A DNA stretch of 64,000 nucleotides. It comes from Owenia fusiformis (lineage: Eukaryota). The notes beneath the pieces were generated by a model, which saw only the letters and a list, made by a program, of their open reading frames with translations, made no database searches and had not been told where the DNA came from. The position numbers and the translations under genes are program-made. Position 1 is the first letter of the stretch, and each line of letters opens with the position of its first letter. Of this stretch, positions 13,501 through 28,500 are shown one piece after another. Location: contig CAIIXF020000001.1 of assembly GCA_903813345.2 (NCBI GenBank), positions 7,626,001 through 7,690,000 of the forward strand, given 5' to 3'.

Positions 13501-16500
13501 TATTTTTTGATTAAATGATGTAACCTGTGTTTGCAGGCAGCAGTAGAAGCCATGTTGAAAACTGCAGTCCAGTCCCAGTTGGATGGAGTTATCACTGGTC
13601 TGAATCAGCTACATACATCATTGAAGGATGTCAAAGATATTCAGACAAGGTCTGTAATATATTATCTGATCAAATACAGAATTGGCCAGAATTGGTCAAC
13701 AATTTGCCAGTTTTAAAACCATAGAGAAAACCCCCCTATGACTCCTGGTTCAGAAGCTCGCCTATTTTCAAAATGGCTGCCACTTTTTTCTCGCAAAATT
13801 CACTTTTAGACCATTTGCTTTAAAACCTGTGTCATTCTCGTTTTAAGTTCTTTTTATTCAACATCAATGTAGAAAACTCCTCTATGACTCCTGGTTCAAA
13901 AGCTCGCCTATTTTCAAAATGGTCGCCATTTTTTGCCTCACAGAATTCACTTTTGGCCCATTTCCTAGCTTTAGAAATAATTTCAGGTGTCCTGCATTGT
14001 AAAAAGCCATGTCACTGTATAGTGTAGTTGTATGAAATAATTTTGTTACAAAAATGGCAAAAATTACATCCATTTCTTTATTTTCTGCCATTTTAGCCAT
14101 CATTCACTTTTAAGCAACACCATGTGAGCCCAGTACCCACAGTACTATTTTTTGTGGACTGTGTTTAGGGGATTTGTGTTTGGAGTTGGTGTTGACATTT
14201 GGAGTTCAGCATTTTGCTTGTTAATGCCTTGTTTGAAACTTATTTACTATCCCTTCAAATCCCTTTATATTCTTGTAATCTTAAGAAATCAGCTACCTGT
14301 GTATTTATATTTTATGTTTCTCAATAAAATTTTTATGTTGCAGTTTGGTTGAGGTTGATGAGATATACCAGACAACATCTGAGTATGGTGCTCGCCTTAC
14401 AAAGATCAGGGATGAAAATTCTAGGCACAGCCAGGTATGCATTTAGGGAATTTTAAGTTTGCAGATCCACATCATCATTTATTGTATACAGCTCAAAATT
14501 CACAATAACACTTCACTTTTATTCAATATATACTATTCTTTCATTCAGTATACACTGCTCTTTCATTCAATATATATCACTCTTATTCAGTATACACTGC
14601 TCTTTCGTTCAATATATGCCTCCCATTCAATATATACCACTTTTTTCAGTATGCACTGCTCTTTCATTCAATATATACCTCCCATTCAATATATACCACT
14701 CTTATTCAGTATGCACTGCTCTTTCATTCAATATATACCTCCCATTCAATATATACCATTCTTATTCAGTATGCACTGCTCTTTCATTCAATATTTACCT
14801 CCCATTCAATATATACCATTCTTATTCAGTATACACTGCTCTTTCATTCAATATATACCATTCTTATTCAGTATGCACTGCTCTTTCATTCAATATTTAC
14901 CTCCCATTCAATATATACTATTCTTTCATTCAGTATACACTGCTCTTTCATTCAATATATACCTCCCATTCAATATATACCATTCTTATTCAGTATGCAC
15001 TGCTCTTTCATTCAATATTTACCTCCCATTCAATACATACCATTCTTTCATTCAGTATACACTGCTCTTTCATTCAATATATACCACTCTTATTCAGTAT
15101 GCACTGCTCTTTCATTCAATATATACCTCCCATTCAATATATACCACTTTTATTCAGTATGCACTGCTCTTTCATTCAATATATACCTCCCATTCAATAT
15201 ACAATGTATACCACTCTTATTCAGTATGCACTGCTCTTTCATTCAATATATACCTCCCATTCAATATATACCACTCTTATTCAGTATACACTGCTCTTTC
15301 ATTCAATATATACCTCCCATTCAATATACAGGGTGTCCAATATAAATAAGGCGAAAGATATTGTAACTTTCTTAATATTGCACCAATCTTGATGAACTTT
15401 TCAGAGTTTGTAGCCAAAACCTTTTTACCTTTATTCTGTGAATTTAAAGCGTCTTCTATTTGATTGGCCAAAGTTGTGGTTGCTATAGCAACCGAAGCAA
15501 CAAAAAGGCAGGGCAAGTTTGTTTATGTCACAACTTTCCAAAACATATTTATTCCTTCTGATGGCTTTATTCATAGTCCCACGTCTATTACTACCACAAG
15601 AAATACAATACAAAAACGGTCCTAAAGTCTCAATGTTATGAAAATAAGCTATTCAACATAATGTACACTTCTTATGCCTATTCACCCACTTTGTAAACAC
15701 ACTTTCAAACCCATATTCTTGCCCATTTCCTGAAGTCTTGCTAAGACATGTGATCTGAGTTCACACACAGCTATGCTCACAAGTGAAACTATTAGGGCAC
15801 TGGGGCTACCCCTACTTGCACATTCTCCATATTCCCCAGACCGTACACCCAATAACTTTTACTTGTATGCAGAACTCAAGCATGACTTGAGAGAAAAAAT
15901 TTGGAAGCACTGATGAACTCAGAACACCTGTCTTAGCAAGACTTCAGGAAATGGGCAAGAATGGGTTTATTGGGTTTATTCAGTGTGGTCAAAAAATGGA
16001 AACCCTGCAATTTCCTTATATCTTTGTCATTTTAAGAATTTACTCCCTCATATTTCACACATTTGTACATCATTCTATTTCCTACCACCCTACGATATTT
16101 CATGACCATCAGACTGATAGTCACAATTTTACAGCATTTTGAATAACATGCTTCAGGTTTGGCCATCATCGCGCTGTAGGCAAAACTGCGCAGTTGTCAA
16201 TGACCCGAATGGTTTCTTCATCAATAATGGCCTGAATGACACAAATGATCTCACTTTTGAGGTTTGCAATTGTCCTGAGGTCATTCTCATATACTCTATC
16301 TCTGCCATATCCCCAAAGGTAGGGACATTTTAGACGAGTACAGGTCTCCAGACAGAGCAATAGTGGCCAGTGGGGCATGTTCTTTAAAGTGCTGAAATAA
16401 AGTAGGCTGGTAGCAAATTGAATGATGTACAAATGTGTAAAATATCAGGGAGTTATTTCTTAAAATGATATGAGGAAAATGGTGTAAGAGTTTCCATTTT

Positions 16501-19500
16501 TTGACCACCCTGTTTGTTAATATCCTCTGATGTTATTAAGCACGCATTTAACATGTGTTCTTCTAACTCGCTGATTGATTTAGAAATGATTAGCGTGGTA
16601 GGTTTGAAATGATTTATGACCCAGGCTTTCGGGGCTACTAAAATGTAATATAGTCTATACTAGGCAGAGGGTAGTTTGTAACTAGACCCTGTGGGCAGGG
16701 TACCGATTTTCAAAATTAACTTTCATTCAATATTTGCAGTTCTAACATTCAAAATATTCCACTCTTATATCCAAGTTTATAAAATTGAAATTAATAACTG
16801 TAATATGATGTGAATAAATATGTTCAAGAGTTCCTATTAAGGAATATCGTTAAGCATTCTTTGTTTTTGTCCCCTTATTACCAGTTGGCAGCTGCAGTAG
16901 AAAATATGAAGCACATATTCACTGTTCCTGAGATGGTTCGCAAAACTGAAGAACTCATTGATGATGGGAAACTCCTATATGCGCATAAAGGGTATGTACA
17001 TATTATACAATCTAAAGTCACCATTTGAATATATCATAATCCAATCCGTAATGTTTAAGTATTGGCGATGAAGAATAGTGTTCCAAAAATTTAATGCCAC
17101 ATTAGACCATGATTTGAGTTCAGTTCAATTTGTTTCATTCAACCAATCAAATTTTATCTCCACATCCATTTTTCATGTTTTGTGAAGTGAGACAAATAGT
17201 TTTATCACTGTAATACTTTGTTTCATGAAATCTATTAAGAGTTTCAACCATACCAGGTATGGTGTGGCAAGTAATTTTAGACAGTCACGTCTTTGAAAAT
17301 GAGTATTTTCTTACCAGAAATACAACATCCCAATCATATTAGTATATCTGTCTCCAAGAAAGCTCCCCAGGATATTTAGATTGTCAATCGTGGATTAGGA
17401 CCCAACCTACTCAGCACAAACTTTTGTTCTTAAAAAGGTAGTATGACGTTGCAAATGGAAGATATCAAATTTTAGTGACCATCTGTTTTTAGGTTGGCTG
17501 ATTTGGAACAATCAAGAGATGACTTGCTCTATGAGTTATATAAACAACCAACAAAGAGTCCAACAGATGTCAATGTAAGTGAATGAATATGGGTTTTCAA
17601 GTAGAAATTACATAAGTCTACTGTTCTATCATTTATTTCATTAGACTCAATTTTGTGAATCAAGAGTGATTGTCTATTTAGTATTTTTATTAGCTCACAT
17701 GGTGAGCTTTTGCAATCACTCACTTATCCATCTGTCTGTCTGTCTGTCCGTCTGTCCATCCGTCCATCAACAATAGTGGCATGTTTTAAAACGATAGGAT
17801 GTCGATAGGATTCCTGTTTTAAGTTATTTCTGTTCAACATCAATACAGTAAACTCCCCTATGACTCCTGGTTCAAAAGCTTGCATATTTTCAAAATGGCC
17901 ACCATTTTTGTCTCGCGAAATTCACTTTTGACCCATTTCCTAGCTTTACAAATAATTTCAAGTGTCCTGCATTGTAAAAATCCATGTCAATGTAAAGAGT
18001 AGATGTATGAAATAATTTTGTTACGATAAATCAGGAAAAAATTATATCCATTTTTTTTATTTTCAGCCATTTTAGTTAACATTGATTTGTCCATCTGTCT
18101 CACAAAATCCACTTTTGGACCATTTTCCTTAAACCCTCTGTCGATAGGATTCCCGTTTTAAGTTAATTTTGTTCAACATCAATATAAAAAACTCTCCTAT
18201 GACTCCTGGTTCAAAAGCTTGCCTATTTTCAAAATGGTTGCCATTTTTGTCTCACGAAATTCAATTTTGGCCCACTTCATAGCTTTACAAATAATTTCAG
18301 GTGTCCTTCATTGCAAAAAGCCATGTCACTGTAAAGAGTAGTTGTATGAAATAATTTTGTTACAAATAATTGGCAAAAAATTATATCCGTTTTTTTTTTC
18401 AGCCATTTTACTTAACATTGATACGTCCATCTGTCTCTCAGTCAGTCCAAGTAGTGGCAAGTGGCTTGAAAAAATCAGCAAAAAATTATATCATTTTTTT
18501 TATTTTCTGTCATTTTAGCAATCTTTCACTTTTGAGCAACACCATGTGAGCCCAGTACCCACGGTACTATTTTTATTATTTATTGATTGGGGGGGGGCTC
18601 AAAATTGCCATACCTTCATCATGATTAAAAAGAATCTTATGAAAGTTTGTAATCCTCTTATGACCTATATTTTCAGATTTTTACATCTCAACAATATATT
18701 AAGAATATAGTTGCTGTATAAAATAGTTGTATCTTTTAAGTTAGGGCTAAAATATGTCCTAATGTTTTTCTAAAAAGTATAAAGAGTCTTAATTAATATA
18801 CATTTCCTGCTTCCATTACAAAAGACTATTATTGCATAATAATTGCACTTTTAATTTTATAATTTACATAATTTTCATTTTCAAAATTTTATATAATATT
18901 ACTAAACTCCTGGAGGCACATGATGTAATTATTGTCGAATAACTGGTGGAAATTTGAAAAATTAGATGAAAAGTTTAGAAAGTAAGCAATGGTTAAATAC
19001 ATGTACATTGTCTCACAAAATCAATAATGTGACTTTTTCCATTAAATTATGTCATAAATTACAATTTGCTATTATACAGTGCAATACATTTTCCTCTAAG
19101 TCTAGGATATCATTTTCTATATGTTATATTAATCATACCATTGTAAAGCCTGTCCCAAACTGGTCATAATTGACAGGTTTAAAGATATTAGAGAGATTTC
19201 GCACCTAGTGAAAGTACAACTTATAACGTATACTTATACTTAAAGGTAAACATACAAGGTGTTTCATAATGTGGGCTTTTCGTCAGGAAAGATCTTCTCG
19301 GACTGTAATAAATACAGGTCAAAGGGATGTCATTTGTACTTTCTTGAATTGTAGCATGTTTAGTTGATCCAAATGTGTTTGTCTAGAATAAAATAGGCTC
19401 ATATATAGTACATATGTTATAGACCCATCTTTTCTCAAATTGACTTTTTGGAGATGCTCGTTATGAAACACCCTGTATGTCATATGTTGAGCTACTGAAT

Positions 19501-22500
19501 GGGTCGTTTTCCAGGAATTGCTAGAACCTACTGGTTTGATTGGTGTTTCAAATTGATGGTTAAAGTATTTGATTGGATACTGTTCCCACTCAGCCAATTA
19601 TTTTCAAAAAATGCTTGCGGTCAATTGTTCCACACACATGTAGGCAAATCTTTATACGGAGATCCAACTGTATACGTTATCATCTACGTAAATATACCGT
19701 TTTGTAAGTTCATTGAACTTATCTCGTACTGATCATGAAAACATTGAAATAATCAACTTGTTTATGTAATGACTCACTTAAAGAATCATGACTCACTTTA
19801 AAGGATCGTGTTTATAATACACTACAACTACAAGGACACGGAAGCAAGCATTTAATTATAATGTGCATAATCTACACGTACAGATGACAGTGCATTCACA
19901 GTCTCTAGTTGATGGAGCTTTTCTATAACGGGAATAGTTATGTTCCATTAAGTACAATTTAAAATTGATTTTAGTAAATATAAAAGTTCGACATGACCCT
20001 TTAAACTATACGTATACGTATAAGTTGTACTTTCACTTATGTGCGAAATCTCTCTAATATTGACAAACTGACAGAAAATTATGGAAGTGCCAAAACCCGC
20101 TTAAAACATGATTTTTAGACAATTTTACTCCTCGAATAGCAGTGAAATTAGGGATAGGATGTAATCATTTTGCTCAATAAACACATTTATATATCATCAT
20201 TTTGGTATGCATAAGTTTAGTATAGGATGTATAACATATTTATAGGTCATTGAGAAAGATTTTGGGTTATAATTGTCTTACAATTTCCAATTTATTGTAA
20301 TGTTACCTCTACCCCAAATTTTGAACTGAGAAGAGACCTCTGAATCTGAAGGATATTTCCTCAGATTTTATAACAAAATGGTTGTAATTAATCAGACTTT
20401 CATTATATAGCTGATATTTTTCACAAAAGTTTTATTGGGTTGAAAACTTTTTAGAATAGTGTATTGCTCTAAACGTAACTAACAACTTAACTTCATGTCT
20501 CAGAAGATCTCCTTCTTGAGCATATTGCTGGGTATCTGATTTCTCAATTTCATGGTAAAAAGTCACACTCACGATTTGGGAGTTGTTCTTTTCAATCCTT
20601 TCTAACTTTTTTACCATATTTATGAAATTCTTTTCTCCATTTGGCCAAAGTATACATACATCATACCTTTGAATGTTTGGTCGGACAATAACAAAAAATA
20701 AAAAAGATATGATTGGTAAAATACATTTCTTTACAGAGGATATTGTGTAATGATATGAAAATTAAAGCTTTAATATTACAACATAATATATTTTTAATAA
20801 ATATAATTTTATTTCATTAATTAACAATATTGGAAAGTGTTGATTGATATTTACTTTGAGCTATTTTCAGACTAAACTTGTTCTCAAAACATCCTTGCTC
20901 ACCAACATTTTCATTAACGTAGTGAGAACAAGTTCGGTATGATTGGTGTTTAGTGGTCGTTCATTCATAAACACTCTTCAGTATGTCCATCTTGTCTTTA
21001 TCCCACATGTATTTCAATGGTTTGAATTAGATGTCAGTTCAGATTGGGTCATATTGCCTTTCCTAGCTGTCTGAGTATGTCCATAAGTTTGTAAAAAATT
21101 GTACATAAGTTTTGTTCCTATGATATATCATATTTGTTCTGTTATAATGTTTATTTTAGAATAAAGGTCCATATAAAAGTTACGAATAGGATATTATTTA
21201 ATACTTGTTATCTGGCTAAAGATCTGTCATTGCTTCTATTTCAAGTATGTACATATTGTCTCCATGCATTACGAGCTCACTGGTGAGTTTTCTTCTACTA
21301 GTGACAGGCATCGTAGTGTCTATTCGCCAAAGCTTTCCACCATCTATACTGCAATCATCTGTGATTGAAACCACTGTCATAGATTTATGTACCTTTTGTA
21401 CAAGTTTTCTGATAATTTTACTGTTTAGTGTAGGAATTGAACCAATGGGTTCAATGATTTTAAGTGTTTGTTGTTTGACATGATTTGTTGGTGCCTGGAT
21501 CGGTCCCTGGATTGATTTCCGTTGTATTGTCAATACTGATCCATTGCTAGGTTCAATGGTCGATGGATTCCTTCTTTGAGGTTGCAGCTTTGGATTCTCA
21601 GCTATTCCATTTTTAGGTGTTTTCATTTCAAGATATTTTCCATTGATTATTGGTGGTGTTTGTGAATTTGAACATGCTGTTTTTGGTGTCTGTTTATCAA
21701 GATGCTCCTGATCATAATATGGAATTTGTTCTACTTTCATTCTTGGAAGGGACCTCACTGTATCTTTTCCATTTGTGAAATCCACTGGGTTTTTATGTAC
21801 TGGATTTGTTAACCTTTTTGGCCAGGTTTTACCATAATCATTGTGTTTATGATTTTTCTCTGTAATATTGTCAGATTTTGCAGTTTGCGTATCATCTGGG
21901 TGTTGACTGTTGGGAGTCACATCTTCTGGCTGTGTTATGTGGTGATCATCACCATGGTCACCATTGTTAGTAAAACATTCTGGTTCTTGCACATTAGTAT
22001 TCATATATTCACTCTTGTAAATGACATCACCTGATTTTACAATATGGTCACTGTTGTTTGGGATACAGTCTGGTTTTGGCATGATTAAACTATTTGAGTC
22101 AAATGAACTACATTGCCCTGGTTTTAGATAAGCACTGAAATTAATCTTACTTGGCATTCGAACAAAGGCAGGTTTAGGTTTGATGGTTGGTTTATCTTTG
22201 GACTCATCGTTGTTATAATCATTATGTATCAATGCCCTTTCTCCAGAATCATTCAACTCTTTTTTATATTTTTCCAAAATACTTATAATGTTATACACTC
22301 CTCTCTTTGGTTTAACAGCTGGTTTTCCTGGCTCAGGGGCATTTTCAATATCCTCTGCTGAAATGGTCTCTTCCATATGTAACTTGGATGGACCAACTGT
22401 ATCACTTCTGCGTAAAGTTTTGGCAGATTTCTGGCAATGTTTTACATTGGAGGATATATTTGGGGCACTGTTCTTTCTCCATATAGCTCCAGTAGGTGAT

Positions 22501-25500
22501 TGAAAGTCTTCAGTGAAGTCTCCATTTACCTGTCTCTTTTCAATATTTTGTGTTATGACATTAGATTCTGTTTTTTGTTTTTCCGAAGCTCCTTTGTTCG
22601 GAGAGATCAAATCCAGAGTTTCAGGTCTTATTTTTTCATTCCTATCCTTATCCCAAATAGCTAATTTCTCTTTCATTAGATTGGAATAATGAATGGCATT
22701 TTCTTTTTTATTTGAAAAATTGTCAGACTTTTCATTCATTTCGGGATAGTTAATACTGGATTTTCTGTCTATCTTTGTATCATTCTCACAAAGTTTTTCC
22801 TCAGATTTTTCAATTTCATCACCAATTTTACTGTCCAGTTTAGGATCAATTGCATATGGTTTCGTGTCTTTTCCTGACTTGCTTGAATTTGAGAATTGTC
22901 TTGATTTTCTTGCTACAAGATGTGTCCAGTGGTGTATTTGCCTTGCGCATAATGGGCGTGAATAGTTCTTTAGCTTCAGCCTTGAGTTTTTTGCTGCCCA
23001 TATTACTGTGAAAACCACCTCTCTGGGTCGCTGTTGAATATGCCACTTGGCTGCCACTCCACTACAGTTCATGTAATGCAATGCTTTGATTGCATCTTGT
23101 GGTATTTCACATGGTGAAAAAATCCCTGACATTTTACACACTTTTCTATGCCATAGTATTTTTTACTCTTCTGGATGATTGCTGTTAATGTAGATAACTT
23201 CGAAAACAAAGTGATTGTGTGGTTATTAATTAAAGAATATTTTGAATTAATTAATGTCGTATTCTAATGATACACATGTCACAGTTGGGGTAATTGGATA
23301 ATGTTACGTGAATAAAATACATGTTCTGTATGTCAATTTAATTTTAATCATCAACAAAAACATGTCACAGTTATTAATTATTTAGAAGTTATGTTTATGA
23401 ATTAATACTCTTTTGATTTGTATTTTTTAAAGAGGACATCATCTATCTCTTTGAATAAGAGATATTAGTTTGATTTAGTTGAACCAAATCAGATAACATT
23501 TCGTGAACTAATCAGAATTCCCTGAAGGGACTCAAATGAAATGAAATGACTCAGGCCTGTAGCCAGGGGAGATCCCTCTGGGTAAGAATTCTTTCAAAAT
23601 CAATTCATGCAGTTTTGGACCAAAATTGTCTTAGTGAACCACCTGGAATTTTTTAAAAAGTGAATCCCCCTTTGCAAAACCTGGCTACGGGTCTGGGATT
23701 TGATAGCCCTTCATCAAGATCAGCATCGAAATTGTGAGAGTGTTCAGGGTGAATTACCTGCAATGTACACATAGTCTGTACCTTAGAGCAGACCACTTGA
23801 AAAATAAATTGAATGAGGTCTAAGTCAATGTTATTGGATGTTGTAAACTATTTCTTGAAAAAGAAATGATGGATGACCTTGAAATAGAATTATTCTTTTA
23901 CACTTCCATGTTGGCTCATTTTCTAAAATCATTTACATTCCTTACTTGTATTTACAAACCAACTTCCTTACTAGATCACATATGCCCATCACACAAAAGG
24001 GAGCCTTTTGTAGATATAAAGTAAAACCTGCACAGTGGAACCTTTCATGTAAGGTTCTTGGAACACCTCAAAACTACCAACTTTGAAATCATCGTTATAA
24101 AACATTTTCAATTTTCAAAAATAATTTTGATTAACCTCCTACAGTATTCTTTAAGATTGTTATATTTATGATCATGACTATTTTCTGACCATGAAGACAG
24201 GCATATCATTTAGATCCATTCATTATCCCAGGAAAAAGTATATTCAATGATAATAAAGTCTATTGGACTTGGTGATATTGAGGATGGAATCAACCCATCA
24301 ACATACTTTTTTAGTGATGTTGACCTCATTTTCACTAAAAAGGTAACCTTTATGTTCATAATTCAGGATATAATCGTTTAAAATTGTTTGTGATAACCTA
24401 CGTTGCTCTTTGATTAGCAAATAAAATATTTCAGAAATCATAATTAATCAACTAAAATGGAATAACCTCCCACTGTGATTTATCATCAAGAATAAACAAC
24501 GCACCTTGATAATTAGGAAATTAAGAGATCTACGAAGACCATAGATATGCTAAAAGAAAATGAAAAACCTCCTGCAGAGATTGGTGTGATACTATCCCAA
24601 GATAACGTAGGTTATCACAAACAATAATGACATGGCAAGATTATTCAAAATGTCAGTGTCTTGTTTAGTAAAATTAACTAGAATATTTATGGTATAAAAT
24701 TGGTCTTCAATGGTAGAACTACTTTCAGTGATGCACTGAGCCAATGACATGACTTCAGAATCAAAGAAAAGTAACTTGATGCTTCACAAAATACAGTCAA
24801 TCAGTGTTCCAGTTCTATAAATCCCTGTAACACCATAACCTCTGTTAATGGAACTCCTCTGAAGTTGAACATATTGACAGAACCAAGGGTTTTCCACTTA
24901 CACAGGTTGAACTACATTTATTGGCTTGGTTTAAGTCACATAAGCATGACTAAACTACTTAACTATAAGTAAATATAACTTGCTGTTTATATTCAGACTG
25001 TGAAGCATTACTTTGGTGAAGTAGAGAGACTCTCAGACCTCCTTGCCAAGCAGCTGTCCCTGATTTTACAGCGTACGCTCATGACAGTACGACGAGAACC
25101 ACAGATCATTGTATCTTGCCTCAGGATCATAGAGCGGGAAGAACTGTAAGAATTTACTATATTTTGGTCACTGAATCTTTTAACTGATTCACATACTTTT
25201 GTGTTTTTAAGAATACTGAAGCACTAGTTCGTCATTACATACATGATTATAGTTATGGGATACACCAACTTGCAAGGGTATAGATGGTAACCGGACAACT
25301 CATCCCCTAGACAACTCATCCCTGGACAACTCATCCCCTGGACAAGTCATCCCCTAGACAACTCATTCCCTGGACAAGTCATCCCCTAGACAAGTCATCC
25401 CCTGGACAACTCACCCCCTAGACAACTCATCCCCTGGACAACTCATCCCCTGGATGACTCATCCTTTGGCATGTTTGAGTAGTTTAATGTAATATTGTTT

Positions 25501-28500
25501 ATTCACATATTATTCAAATATTTTTTAAATGTCTTGGTTATCACGATCAGTTTTAAGTTTCAAAATCATATATTACATGAACACTGGTACTCCACTCGAT
25601 AATGTTGTAAACAGACCGTTTCGGTAACAAAATGTCAGAGCCTCAAAGGTACGATTTTTGTTTTTTCCTTATTCCTCCAGTTGTAGGCAGAATATCATAT
25701 GTCTAAGAAAATGTACATGTGTGCGAACAAATAGTTCAGAAGACAACACGATCCTCGATTTACAGTTAATACTTCACTTTTGTTCCGTAAACATAACCTA
25801 AAAATGGCTAAGATCTGCACTTCTAACTCTTTCCATTTACATAACAATAGTAAGGTATTAAAGCGACGATTCTGTTGTCCTCTTGAGGGGAAATTTAAAA
25901 AACTATGATATACCATGGTACTACTGGTATTGTCAAGGAGATAGTCAACCAATTAATCTGTAATTTGTTATGTAAATATTTACCTTTAATTTTACTTTTA
26001 ATAAACAATTTCAATATTATGTTAAAATTGATTGAAGAAGCTCCTTTGATGTCATTATATGTTAGTTGTTCATAGTTCAAATATTCTTTAATCAAAAGAT
26101 TATTTTTCCACAGCAGTCACAGATGAAGTTACTGAAGTTCATGTTTCAAAATTATCCAGAGAGAAAACTTTATTTTTTTTCATTAAATATTAAGTCATGT
26201 AATATAAGGACAAAAGATGAAAGTTTTAACCGCACCGTTTGACTGTTTGACCATTTTATTTGTGTCAATAAAGTGAAAAAATATTATTTAGAATGATTCA
26301 AAATGTGTTTAATAAATATTCATTTTCCAAAAAAAACTTTACAATTTGGATTCATGTGATCAAGGATGAGTTGTCTAGAGGATGAGTTGTCTAGGGGATG
26401 AGTTGTTCAGGGGATGAGTTGTCTAGGGGATGAGATGTCCAGGGGATGAGTTGTTCAGGGGATGAGATGTCCAGGGAATGAGTTGTCTAGGGGATGAGTT
26501 GTCCAGGGATGAGTTGTCAAGGGGATGTGTTGTCCGTAAGCCCTTGCAAGTGCTTGGTATAAGAGAGATGTGGATTTTCAAATGAAGTTACTGTATTTGT
26601 TTCCAGTAAAGATGAGGGCCATCTGAAGCGCCAAGAACAAACTGGATTCCTACCCCCTCATAGACCTAAAAGGTGGAAAAAGAAATGTTTCGACACATTC
26701 AAGGGATCAGTTCAATCCAGGTAATACAGGCTATTCAATACGTACCACTTGTAATGCTTTAACTTTTTATCGTACCTATAAGAAAAGTTTCAATAATGTT
26801 GTCAGCTTGGTTGATGGTTGGATGGAGCAATTTCAGACAAATTGCTTGACGGATTGATTTGGAATTTTCAGGGATATTTATCGGTATGTTACAAGACAAG
26901 ATTAAACATGTGAAAAACCTTTTTATACATTATCTTTCATTTCAGAGTTCTGATTTTGATTGTGATGTTAAATCATAAATGTATACTATGTACATATATG
27001 TTTCAGGATTGAAGGTAATCAATTTGAGGATCGATCAAGTGATAAAATGTGGCTTGTCCGTCATCTTGAGATGACACGTCAAATTGTACTCGAAGATCTA
27101 CAAGTAGTCAAGGTATATTATGTTTGGTTTATACATGTACTATGTGTATACATCCATTGATTATACAATTTATGTTCAGCCTTATTTTTCAACAATATTT
27201 TTCAATTATAAGTAACCACAATTCTTAGATTACGACATGGACCAGATTATTGTTTGGTAAAATACTAATTATATTTGGATATTGCCAATCAATGGTTTAA
27301 CCTTGTGTATTTGATTCTTAATTGTAGGAACTTTAAAAGTTGCTATTAATTATATTCTTGCCACCCTGTAGTAGCCTCTCTGTGTTGTTCAAAATAAATG
27401 GTTATCTATTCACATAAATGAATCAAATTATTAATTTTTTATTTATGTATATTTGCAGTCATTGTGTACGCCTGTTTTTCCACCGCACTATGATATTCTA
27501 GACAAGTATGTGCAATTGTATCATGATGGATTAGCTGAACATGTAAGTCATATGCTATTTATCCCATACTTAGCAGTGTTATAGGTAAATAACATGTGGA
27601 ATGTAATCGATATCTGAGGTGAGCGGGTGATATATATATTTCTCCCGCTGAGGTGAGCGGGAGATATTTATATCACCCGCTCACCTCATATCACCTCACA
27701 TCATATCATATCGTTCGGTGCTTTTTGTGAATCTCCGAGATATACCATTGCTCTAGCATTGAATTAATATTAATTTCATATACAGTTCACAAAGTTGTTG
27801 AGTTTAAAAAAGCAAATGTTAAGAACTTTAAATTGAGATAGAATACAGTATTCATGTTTTGATTGTAACTATCAATTGTATGAGGGTTTCATAACATTCA
27901 ATGCATACTTAATTCTCATAATCTACTAAGTATAGGATAAATCAGTTATTAAATGCTCGATTTTTGATACAGGGTATATCCCTCGGTAAATACAATATAT
28001 CAACCTTCGGTCCCTACGGTCCCTCGGGTAGATATATTGTATTTCCCTCAGATATACCCAGTATCAAAAACCTCCCATTAAATAACCTCATATTGTAAGT
28101 TGTATATACATAAGAGTACTTGATTTAGTGGTTGTTAATACTTATTAAGGCTGTTGGGTGTGTGATTGTATGTCTGTGTCCCGGGGTTTGTCTGGCAGCA
28201 TAATGAAATTAAATGTGATCCACGTGGATCGCTTTAAGGAGGTCTATAGGACAAAACAATACACGTGTATACATTCATGATGGTGTCTCATCAGATATAA
28301 AGGAACCAAACTCTATATTTTCTGAGGGCCATCTCCCCATGGGTGTATTTTACCAGGGGTGTCAATATCAAGAGGCAATTTTCTTTAGTTGTTTTTACCA
28401 AAGTAACATGTTGTTTTGAGGAACTTTACAACTGTTTTATGTTAAAATATAGTTTTGCATAACTTTGCTTTTAACAGTTGCTTTGTTTATTTAGAATGCT

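Noticed and set aside
14459-15392. Long overlapping ORFs of 296, 258 and 116 aa
   Set aside because: They are translations of a stop-poor 60-bp minisatellite, open in several frames.
20432-21110. Coding-looking minus-strand sequence downstream of the nested ORF, including a 61-aa ORF
   Set aside because: Short, interrupted by stops, with no recognisable motif or convincing splice sites. It could be UTR or a decayed gene, but this cannot be supported.
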